Part shown: positions 54,098 through 61,799 of the stretch, in pieces | How the letters are laid out: every line of letters starts with the position of its first letter | How positions within the stretch are numbered: the stretch's first letter is position 1 | From: a bacterium | Lineage (GTDB): Bacteria; Patescibacteriota; CG2-30-54-11; JBAXVQ01 | Direction of reading: 5' to 3' | DNA length: 64,000 nt | Assembly: GCA_037128935.1 (NCBI GenBank) | Contig: JBAXVQ010000003.1 | Coordinates: 1,980-65,979 of the forward strand | Made by a program: the position numbers and the translations under genes | Notes under the pieces: generated by a model | Database searches by the model: none | What the model was told of the DNA's origin: nothing | What the model saw: the letters and a program-made list of their open reading frames with translations, nothing else

Positions 54098-56083
54098 ATG
54101 ACCTACCTTAACCTCGAACAGAAATCTTACACCTTCACCCAAAAAAAACTCGCCATCAACCTGCCGATTTACGAAGTCTTTAAAAGGATTTACTCCCGAT
54201 TCGACACCGTCTATTTTCTCGAATCACTTGGCGAACTTGAGGATTTTTCTCGCTATTCCATCATTGGCTTTTCTCCCCGCAACCACCTTTCCGCCAAAGG
54301 GCAAACATTGACCGTCGATGGCAACGATCACCAACTTGAAAACCCTTTTTACGCCCTCAGGGAAATTAACCAGGTGAAAATTCCACAGGCTTCCTTTTGC
54401 GGTGGGCTGGTAGGGTATCTGTCCTACGAAGGCACTCGCTATTTTGAACCGTCAGTTGATTTCAAAAACAACTCCGCCTTTCCCGACTTCGAGTTTGGAC
54501 TCTACTTAGACGGCATTATGTACGACAAAAAAACCAAAGACTTTTACTACTTCTACCTCGACACCGACCGCAGCGAAGACGTCCTCAACGCCGTCGCAAA
54601 GCCCGTAGAATTGCAACCGTTCAATTTTCAGGATCTCGGACCGAACACTACACGGGAAGAATACAACCGGATGATTGACCAATGTATCGAGCACATCAAG
54701 GCGGGAGATATTTTTCAGGTGATCATGTCCGTGCAGTTTCGCTACGAGCTATCTGGCAGCCCACTGTTCCTCTACGAAAATCTGAGGAAAGTAAACCCGT
54801 CACCGCACATGTATTTTCTCAAGTTTGGTCGTCGTCAACTCATTGGTGCCAGTCCTGAACTGGTTGTTCGTTATCAAGTAGATCACACCGGCATGATCGG
54901 CAATCGTATTGAAAACTACCCACTAGCAGGCACCACCGAACGGGGAAAAACGCCAATTGAAGATGAACAATTGGCTGCAGAAATGTTGAAAGATAAAAAG
55001 GAACGCGCCGAACACATGATGCTTGTCGACATGGGAAGAAATGATATCGGACGAGTCAGCAAATTTGGCAGCGTCGAAGTCCCCAAATTAATGGTGGTCA
55101 AAAAATACAGCCACGTCCAACACATCGCATCCGAAATCGAAGGCGAAGTCCGTGACGACAAAGATGCATTCGATTGTCTGGCAGCCACTGCCCCCATGGG
55201 AACAGGATCAGGAGCACCAAAAGTCGAAGCCATGAAGATCATCAACAACCTTGAAAAAGACCCCCGAGGACCCTACTCCGGCGAGATCGGGTACTTTTCA
55301 TTCAACGGTGACTGCATGTTCTGCATCGGTTTTCGGTCGATTTTTGTTGATGGAAACCAGGCGTATTCCGCTAGCGGAAGCGGAGTTGTCTTTGACTCTA
55401 CCGCCGATTATGAATATCGGGAAATTCTTCGCAAGGGTGCAGGTATGAAGATAACTATTGAACAAACCCAGCAACTGAGCAAAAAGAAATTGAAGAAAGA
55501 ATACACGCTCGAAGAGCTCCGTGAAAACCTCGATGAAAGCGGCGAAAAAATTCTCTATGTCCTCGCAGACATCCAAAGAGAAAAAGCACTTGCCCATCCC
55601 GAGCGATTGGTAATCCCTCAATCAACCGATGTTGAAAAGAAACAATGGCTCCAACTCGTACTCAAACGCATTGGGAGTGGAATTGATAACACTGAGGCGC
55701 AGGAATTTTTCTCCACCATCTCTTTGGATGGAAAAGAACTGCAGGATATACTTGTTGGAAAGTATTTCGACAACACCGGTATTATTGCCGGCGATCCCAA
55801 ACTCAACGATCGAGGAATAACACTCTTGCAGTCATTTCTCGACACTGACCGCCACGACCTACTAGAACCCCTACAAGAACGCTGCTTCTGGATTCAACAC
55901 GTCTCCCGCTACAAAAAAGAACGGGGCATAGAAATCCGAAAGATAGAACGGGAAAAACAACTCATCGCCAAGATGGAAAAACGTAGCATAGAGCTCGGTA
56001 TAGATCCCGAGATGACAAGGTTACTCTATATCTACGTTGTATTGCCGATGGCGTTTTTGATTGAAGAGGTGATGATTGGGTGA
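54098..56083 (+). CDS. trpE: Anthranilate-synthase-component-I-like chorismate-utilizing enzyme fused to a C-terminal ~210 aa chorismate-mutase-like extension
   Basis: FLES...SRYS allosteric-type block, NYPLAGT, GAPKVEAM, GPYSGEIGY. The tail LLEPLQERCFWIQHVSRYKKERGIEIRKIEREKQLIAKMEKRSIELGIDPEMTRLLYIYVV resembles AroQ helices. It could alternatively be PabB-like. Confidence 0.7.
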   Translation: MTYLNLEQKSYTFTQKKLAINLPIYEVFKRIYSRFDTVYFLESLGELEDFSRYSIIGFSPRNHLSAKGQTLTVDGNDHQLENPFYALREINQVKIPQASFCGGLVGYLSYEGTRYFEPSVDFKNNSAFPDFEFGLYLDGIMYDKKTKDFYYFYLDTDRSEDVLNAVAKPVELQPFNFQDLGPNTTREEYNRMIDQCIEHIKAGDIFQVIMSVQFRYELSGSPLFLYENLRKVNPSPHMYFLKFGRRQLIGASPELVVRYQVDHTGMIGNRIENYPLAGTTERGKTPIEDEQLAAEMLKDKKERAEHMMLVDMGRNDIGRVSKFGSVEVPKLMVVKKYSHVQHIASEIEGEVRDDKDAFDCLAATAPMGTGSGAPKVEAMKIINNLEKDPRGPYSGEIGYFSFNGDCMFCIGFRSIFVDGNQAYSASGSGVVFDSTADYEYREILRKGAGMKITIEQTQQLSKKKLKKEYTLEELRENLDESGEKILYVLADIQREKALAHPERLVIPQSTDVEKKQWLQLVLKRIGSGIDNTEAQEFFSTISLDGKELQDILVGKYFDNTGIIAGDPKLNDRGITLLQSFLDTDRHDLLEPLQERCFWIQHVSRYKKERGIEIRKIEREKQLIAKMEKRSIELGIDPEMTRLLYIYVVLPMAFLIEEVMIG

Positions 56084-56134
56084 GTTCGTTACCTGTGCAT
56101 ACATTGGTTCAAAACTGCAAAGTGTTTTTAGGAA

Positions 56135-56596
56135 TTAGTGAGAAAAGAGCATTGCCATTACTAGTTGAAAAAATACGGCAAGTAAAACTATGTAAGCTAC
56201 TGTTGATATTAAAGAGATGACAGAGAGTCCAATAATTTTCCATAGAGATTGCTTTGTTGCTCCATTCTGTAAGTATTCCTGAATTGCTTCTTTTTGAAAT
56301 TTTTCAGCAATAGTAGTGATTAATGCAGCGTAGAGAACAGGAAAAACAGGAGTTGGAATTTTATTAACAATAGTTGCAGGGGTAAAGGCAAGTGCACCTA
56401 GAATAAGTAAGGTAGCAATAGTACCCCAAATGAGAGTCCTACTAGCATAGTCTTTTTTACCAAGATGAGTAAAATTTTTACTGGTCATATAAAGACCAAC
56501 AAAAGGACCTCCAAGAAAAGAAGCAATAAAAATTGATTTTATTGTATAAAACTGTTTATCCGTGCCATTTTTTTGTACAGTAGTTGTCGTTTCCAT
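56135..56596 (-). CDS. Hypothetical membrane protein
   Basis: 153 aa, 4 TM helices, AT-rich. Confidence 0.4.
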   Translation of the reverse strand: METTTTVQKNGTDKQFYTIKSIFIASFLGGPFVGLYMTSKNFTHLGKKDYASRTLIWGTIATLLILGALAFTPATIVNKIPTPVFPVLYAALITTIAEKFQKEAIQEYLQNGATKQSLWKIIGLSVISLISTVAYIVLLAVFFQLVMAMLFSH

Positions 56597-56696
56597 GATT
56601 GCAATTGATCTCCAAACTAAGTAAATAATTCTAGGAATGATTATTATAAAAAAAAAGATAATTTGTCAAAAGTAATTCATGTTATTACTTTTAGCT

Positions 56697-56905
56697 GGAG
56701 GCATCTTGCAGATGCCTCCTTTTCTTTCGTAGAGCTGAATGGCTGGTGTTGCAGGAACTAGATTGCAGCTGAAGTATTCAGCTCATTGGTGCTGTTCTCA
56801 CAAAAAAGCTTCAAGAATACTGCCCTACGAAAGAGGAGGAGCCATCTGCAAGATGGCTCCAGCGGTAGCGTTTGTTTTTTGTAGAGACATGGCATGCCTT
56901 GTCTC
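56697..56905. repeat. Cluster of three hairpins downstream of the truncated polA, including two mirrored hairpin + T-tract modules
   Basis: GGAGGCATCT-TGC-AGATGCCTCC + TTTTCTTTCGTAG (56697-56732, + sense). Its relative GGAGCCATCT-GCA-AGATGGCTCC is preceded by CTACGAAAGAGGA (56825-56860, - sense). GAGACA..TGTCTC at 56884-56905. Confidence 0.7.
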
Positions 56906-56942
56906 AGGGAGGTGTGGGCGTTTACCTGTTTGCAAAAAAGTC

Positions 56943-58472
56943 TCACACCCCCTCCTCAATCCTCTCCCCCAGCACTCCCACCAACCTCCACGTCATATCC
57001 GCATCTGCACACGAGTAATCACTCGCCTGCTCCAGCGGCACTTCTGCAAAGGTAACCTGCTGTTTCCCTTTCCCAATCAAATCCTCAATCGCTGTCATAG
57101 AAACACCAAACTCGGTCAACGCCATATTTTTCAACCCCACTCGTGACCCAGGGTTGAGCACGTACGCCGCCAACATGGTGTCGAAAGAAATTGGCGAAAC
57201 CTTTATGCCGTAGCGAAGAAGAACGCTGCAATCAAACTTCATATTGTGACCATATTTCTTCACCTGCTGAGATTCAAATGCAGATTTCAACTTCGGAAGC
57301 CATTGTTCGTGAACCGTTTCAATCGCTTTCCCAGGGATAGTAAAGGCAACGTAGTACGCCTCCTTTTCCTTCCATGAAAAGGAAATACCCAGCAGTTCAC
57401 CATCGAGCACGTTCAGACTATCCAATTCGGTATCAAAAGCAAACGCCTTTTGTTTGTTTAGCTCATCAAGAAAGGTTGCAAACGCCTCGTCAGTAGCAAC
57501 AAGGTGGTACTGCACATCCGCAGGCTTTTCCACGGTTCCCATGCTTTGTTGCATCGTTGTTGGTTTTTTACTCGCGGCCTCTTCCTGTTCAGTGCCAAAA
57601 GATGGTATTTTTCTGATCAGACTAGTAAACTCCAGCTCGCGAAACAACTCAATCACCTGCTGACGGTCAAATTGCTCAGAATATTTACACGCTTGCAAAT
57701 CAAAATCAATCGGAACATCGCAGTTAATAGTGACAAGTCTTTTGCTAAGCAATGCATTTTGGTGGTTATCCTCAAGAATCTGTCGGATACGCTTGGAAAC
57801 TTCCAGCACCTGCAAATTTTCATAAATTGATTCCAAACTTCCAAACTCTTTCACCAGCTGCATCGCCGTCTTTTCCCCAATCCCAGGAACCCCTGGGATG
57901 TTGTCCGAAGGATCGCCACGCAACGCTTTGTAATCGATAATATGTTCCGGACCAAAACCAAATCGTGCGTACACACTGGCGACATCATAGATGACTGTTT
58001 CTGTCAGACCACGCTTGGACGTGTAGATCTTTGTATGATCATTTACCAACTGCAACGTATCCAAGTCACCAGTCACAATGAACACTGCCAAATCAGGGTT
58101 TTCCCGATCTAGTTTTTTCGCAATCGTCCCAATAAGATCGTCCGCCTCATAGCCAGGTTTAAACAGAACAGGAATGTTGAACGCTTTTACCAAGCGATGC
58201 GTATCTTCAAACTGTGCCAACAGCAGCGCATCGGTTTTTGGGCGTTGTGCCTTGTATGCCGGAAATTCTTTATGGCGAAAAGTTGGTTCTTTGGTATCGA
58301 AAGTGACTATGACGTATTCAGGATGTAGATCCTGAAGCACTTTCAAAAAAATCGTAGTAAACCCATACACCGCATTCGTTGGTTTACCATAGGATGTGGA
58401 AAGGTTAGGAATCGCATGAAAGCCACGGTGAATCAGCGCATTTCCATCAACTATTACAACATGTTCAGGCAT
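56943..58472 (-). CDS. polA: DNA polymerase I N-terminal portion: 5'-3' flap nuclease + 3'-5' exonuclease domains only, no polymerase domain
   Basis: 5'-nuclease motifs (VDGNALIHRGFH, GDPSDNIPGVPGIGEKTA). Exo I FAFDTE, Exo II HNMKFD, Exo III YSCADAD. Stop follows 15 aa after Exo III. Start at ATG 58472 (AAGGAA upstream). Confidence 0.85.
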   Translation of the reverse strand: MPEHVVIVDGNALIHRGFHAIPNLSTSYGKPTNAVYGFTTIFLKVLQDLHPEYVIVTFDTKEPTFRHKEFPAYKAQRPKTDALLLAQFEDTHRLVKAFNIPVLFKPGYEADDLIGTIAKKLDRENPDLAVFIVTGDLDTLQLVNDHTKIYTSKRGLTETVIYDVASVYARFGFGPEHIIDYKALRGDPSDNIPGVPGIGEKTAMQLVKEFGSLESIYENLQVLEVSKRIRQILEDNHQNALLSKRLVTINCDVPIDFDLQACKYSEQFDRQQVIELFRELEFTSLIRKIPSFGTEQEEAASKKPTTMQQSMGTVEKPADVQYHLVATDEAFATFLDELNKQKAFAFDTELDSLNVLDGELLGISFSWKEKEAYYVAFTIPGKAIETVHEQWLPKLKSAFESQQVKKYGHNMKFDCSVLLRYGIKVSPISFDTMLAAYVLNPGSRVGLKNMALTEFGVSMTAIEDLIGKGKQQVTFAEVPLEQASDYSCADADMTWRLVGVLGERIEEGV

Positions 58473-58497
58473 AATGAAATTCCTTATATTGCTCAAA

Positions 58498-58630
58498 GTC
58501 CCCCTGAGAAGGGGGATTTAGGGGGTTCAACACCCTCGCTGTCCTGTTTTGTTCAGATGCATTCGTCATCTCCCCGCAGGAAAGAGAGGGGATTGAACCC
58601 CTCCTAACCTCCCCTTCTCAGGGGAGGGAC
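58498..58630. repeat. G/C-rich nested palindromic element, family 2, copy b
   Basis: GTCCCCCTGAGAAGGGGGATTTAGGGGGTTCAA ... TTGAACCCCTCCTAACCTCCCCTTCTCAGGGGAGGGAC, 26 nt upstream of the polA start. Confidence 0.75.
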
Positions 58631-58666
58631 AAGAAGAACACGTTCAAAGTTCTCCATCCTCAATAA

Positions 58667-59062
58667 TTATCTCGGCCCACGAAAATCCACCGGAGCCGCA
58701 GTCGGGGCTTCAGTGGGTATGCCAACAATCGACTGAGTATTTGCTATCGTTTTGTTTGCAAGCTCTTTGGGCGCCAGTGCCAACCACAAGGAAAGCGCCA
58801 GAAGCATGTATAGTGCCACGATAAACACGCGCAACAACGGGTCATGCTTTGGCAATCTCAACCGCATCCAAATATCATCCATGTCGAACAGAAAAATCAA
58901 CGAAGTAAGAAATAAAGTAACCGTAACACCCGCAAAAATAAGCGACTGTAAAAGCAGGTAAACAACAAGCAGGAGGATCACTCCGTAAAAGAAAGAAGCA
59001 AAAAACTGATTCCACACTGTTCCGGTGCGAAAGCCGGGTACTTTTTTGATGGTGTTTTTCAT
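58667..59062 (-). CDS. Hypothetical membrane protein
   Basis: 131 aa, 3 TM helices. Confidence 0.4.
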   Translation of the reverse strand: MKNTIKKVPGFRTGTVWNQFFASFFYGVILLLVVYLLLQSLIFAGVTVTLFLTSLIFLFDMDDIWMRLRLPKHDPLLRVFIVALYMLLALSLWLALAPKELANKTIANTQSIVGIPTEAPTAAPVDFRGPR

Positions 59063-59068
59063 AAGTTG

Positions 59069-59944
59069 TTATACCTTTAAATGAGCCCGGGTGGCTATGT
59101 AGCTACTAAGTGCTCCAAGAAACGCCCCCCAAAGCAGTTGAAACGCAATAAATTTTACAAGCATTACCGGTGACAGATCAACAAGTGGTACCTTCAGTAT
59201 AATCGAAAGTTGCGCATTTGCAGCCTGAATCACCGCGAAAAAAATCAGCAAAGAAATCGTTGAAGCAATCACGCCAGCATAAGAAAGCTCAAGAATAAAC
59301 GGCCATCTGATAAACCAGTCAGTAGCACCCACCAACTTCATAATTTCGATTTCCTCTTTGCGAGTGAAGACTGCCAAACGCACTGTACTAAGGATTACCA
59401 TGAAAGAAATCAACACAAGAAAAGCGATCATTCCCAACCCAAGGTTACGAAGCACTGATGCCCAATAGAGAATTTTTTCCACCGCATCTTTATTAAACTT
59501 GATGCCATTTGACTCTATAGCCTGATTATCTCGGATGCTCTCTATAATTGTTGTCAACTTTACCGCTTCAAACGCCTTAATTTCAAAACTAGCTGGAAGT
59601 GGGTTATCCTCAGCGGTAACCTCAATTCCCGTTTTCCTTCCACGAAAAATCTCCAACGCCTTTTCCTTGGAAACGTACTCCGCCTGACGTACATCAGGAT
59701 TATCCTGCAAAATCTTCTGTAACTGGGCAACGCTCGCTGGACTTGCAGTGTCTTTAAGAAAAACGCTCACATCGGCCTTTTGCTCAATCGTGATAATAGC
59801 CTGATTAACATTGATCCACACCAGTGAAAATAGGGAAATACTCAAAGAAACCAACAACATAATACTGATCGCAGTGATATTCACCGAGCTGTTGCGGAGA
59901 AAATTGATGAAAGCAAATTTAAAAACGCGCAAAAAATTTGGCAT
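59069..59944 (-). CDS. ftsX: FtsX-like permease (cell-division ABC transporter permease)
   Basis: 291 aa. N-terminal TM, a ~100 aa extracytoplasmic domain, then 3 C-terminal TM helices with MKLVGATDWFIRWPF, typical of FtsX. No ftsE adjacent. Confidence 0.75.
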   Translation of the reverse strand: MPNFLRVFKFAFINFLRNSSVNITAISIMLLVSLSISLFSLVWINVNQAIITIEQKADVSVFLKDTASPASVAQLQKILQDNPDVRQAEYVSKEKALEIFRGRKTGIEVTAEDNPLPASFEIKAFEAVKLTTIIESIRDNQAIESNGIKFNKDAVEKILYWASVLRNLGLGMIAFLVLISFMVILSTVRLAVFTRKEEIEIMKLVGATDWFIRWPFILELSYAGVIASTISLLIFFAVIQAANAQLSIILKVPLVDLSPVMLVKFIAFQLLWGAFLGALSSYIATRAHLKV

Positions 59945-60013
59945 AGCAAATGCTTATTTTACTTATTGAGCAAAAAAAGAAATTCGGGCAAACGAAATTG
60001 CCCTCTACAGACA

Positions 60014-60742
60014 TTATACAATAAACCGTTTTAGTTTTTGCTGTCTGGTTTTGTATTCAGGACAAGCTTTTGCCACAAGCCTCCAAAACGCCGCTGAATG
60101 GTTCATATGGGTAAGATGTGCGAGCTCATGAATGATCACATATTCAAGCAGCGAATACTCCACAAACAACAGTCGACTCGAAAGACAAATCACCTTGCTA
60201 TTTGAACAACTTCCCCAGCGGGAGAGCAACTCCTTAATCTTTACTTCTTTAATCTTCGAACGAAAGTGCACACGGTTAAGCTCCGAAACAAGATATTCCA
60301 ACGCAGTTTTGAAATACACGGCCAGTTTTTTTCTTAGCATTTTCATCAAAACCTGATCATCTGGAGGGGGATCTTTTGGCAGGAACAACGCAATACTTTC
60401 GTTATCGATAACAATTCGCACCCGACTCCTTTTAGAATAAGTAACCTCAAGATGAAAGGGTTTTAAAGCAGTTTTTAACACACTAGCATCTTTGAAAGAA
60501 AAATGGGAAAGATAAGAATCAGCAGACAATTTCCCCAACTTTTGCTCCATCGTCGCAAGTAGATTCTCCGCTGTTTTTTGCAGATCCCTTTGGGAAAGGT
60601 AGGAAGAAAGGCGCAACGCCAGCTTTTGCCCTTTGATCCTCGCTGTCGAACTTCGCTGCGGATGAAGGGAGGTGATAACAAGAAATTCTTTATTGTGGAT
60701 ACGGATAGCTTTCGGCAACAAAAGCTTTTCAAGTTTGTTCAT
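60014..60742 (-). CDS. YgjP-like (DUF45) M48-family metallohydrolase
   Basis: WGSCSNSKVICLSSRLLF...YVIIHELAHLTHMNHSAAFW matches the DUF45 signature. Start placed at ATG 60742. Confidence 0.85.
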   Translation of the reverse strand: MNKLEKLLLPKAIRIHNKEFLVITSLHPQRSSTARIKGQKLALRLSSYLSQRDLQKTAENLLATMEQKLGKLSADSYLSHFSFKDASVLKTALKPFHLEVTYSKRSRVRIVIDNESIALFLPKDPPPDDQVLMKMLRKKLAVYFKTALEYLVSELNRVHFRSKIKEVKIKELLSRWGSCSNSKVICLSSRLLFVEYSLLEYVIIHELAHLTHMNHSAAFWRLVAKACPEYKTRQQKLKRFIV

Positions 60743-60918
60743 AGTAGTACTGAGAATAGCGAGAAGAATGATGGTGTGCAAGAGATAGTGAGTAAATGTT
60801 TCTGTAGTTGCCACAATCCGACGCAACTGCTGAACGTAGGGAGCAAAGAGCTTAGTTCCCTACGTTTAGCAGGCTAGAAAGTACTTAGTAAATGTCAGTG
60901 AAAATCGAATTCTCAACA

Positions 60919-61194
60919 CTAGATCGGAGCAAAAGGGTTTTTTCTCCCAACTTCATTTGGACTTACTGTCGGTTGAAGCAAGTAGGTATTAACCTTGTTA
61001 AGATCCTGAACAATTTGCTGATCGGATTCTTTAATACCGATAGTAGACGCTTTTGGTGCAGTGTCTTCAAAATTAGGATAAAGCAATGAAGATAGGTAAA
61101 TACCTATATACGCAACAAGGCCAACACCCGCAGCAATAACAAGAAGTGCCATAAGAACGTTCTGGTTTTTTTTAGAAAGGCCTTCAAGAGCCAT
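60919..61194 (-). CDS. Small single-TM protein ending in a GRKNPFAP motif (PilP-like minimal pilus assembly protein?)
   Basis: 91 aa, immediately downstream of pilO. The TM anchor and C-terminal (R/K)(D/N)PF motif recall PilP-type proteins. Confidence 0.35.
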   Translation of the reverse strand: MALEGLSKKNQNVLMALLVIAAGVGLVAYIGIYLSSLLYPNFEDTAPKASTIGIKESDQQIVQDLNKVNTYLLQPTVSPNEVGRKNPFAPI

Positions 61195-61211
61195 GGTAGA
61201 TCCTTTACAAA

Positions 61212-61799
61212 TTAATTACTTGGCGTAGAACTAGCTTTTGCAGATGTTGAAGAGGTCTTTGGCGCCGGAGGAGGAGTGACGTAATAAAACGAAATCATTG
61301 CCGTCAAATCCACAAGATCATTTTTCCCTGCACTGATAGAAAGATTTTGCACAGTGGTGATTCTATTTGATTGTGAAAGGTTACTTAAAAAACTTAACAT
61401 CGACTCAAACTTTCCTGATAAAGTAACTCCTGCAGTGACATAACTTGCTCCAAGTTTCTTGTCTGTGGTGCTTCCACGAATATCAACAGCCGTGACTGCA
61501 ATACCACTTTTTTCAGCAACAGAGTAGACATGGAAAGGAATACTGGTTTTATTTTCTCCAATCGGCAAAGCTTTTTCCGCATCCACAAGATATTGTGTTA
61601 GTTGAGTTTTTTGCTCATTCAGTTTCTGCAACTCTGCTAGTCGCGCTCGTTCGGTTGCCAAGCTCGTTTTTGAGTCTTGGATCGCTTGGTTCGTGTCCTC
61701 AATCGAAGGTGTTACCGTCGCATAGAGGTAATAACTTTGAGCCCCAATGAGCAATATTGTGAGCAGTATTAAGTTGTATACCCATCCTTTTTTTTTCAT
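61212..61799 (-). CDS. pilO: Type IV pilus assembly protein PilO
   Basis: 195 aa. TM helix, coiled coil (ERARLAELQKLNEQKTQL) and a ferredoxin-like C-domain. Lies in pilM-pilN-pilO order. Confidence 0.7.
   Translation of the reverse strand: MKKKGWVYNLILLTILLIGAQSYYLYATVTPSIEDTNQAIQDSKTSLATERARLAELQKLNEQKTQLTQYLVDAEKALPIGENKTSIPFHVYSVAEKSGIAVTAVDIRGSTTDKKLGASYVTAGVTLSGKFESMLSFLSNLSQSNRITTVQNLSISAGKNDLVDLTAMISFYYVTPPPAPKTSSTSAKASSTPSN

Noticed and set aside
55445-56083. Chorismate-mutase-like region as an independent gene starting at the internal ATG 55445.
   Set aside because: There is no stop codon between the TrpE-like core and this ATG, and no clear Shine-Dalgarno sequence. A fusion is the simpler reading, although internal initiation cannot be excluded.
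8405-58630. Whether the repeat families could represent a CRISPR array, DGR template/variable repeats or retron.
   Set aside because: Copies are dispersed over tens of kb, are not regularly spaced and have no unique spacers between them. No cas, reverse transcriptase or integrase gene is present.
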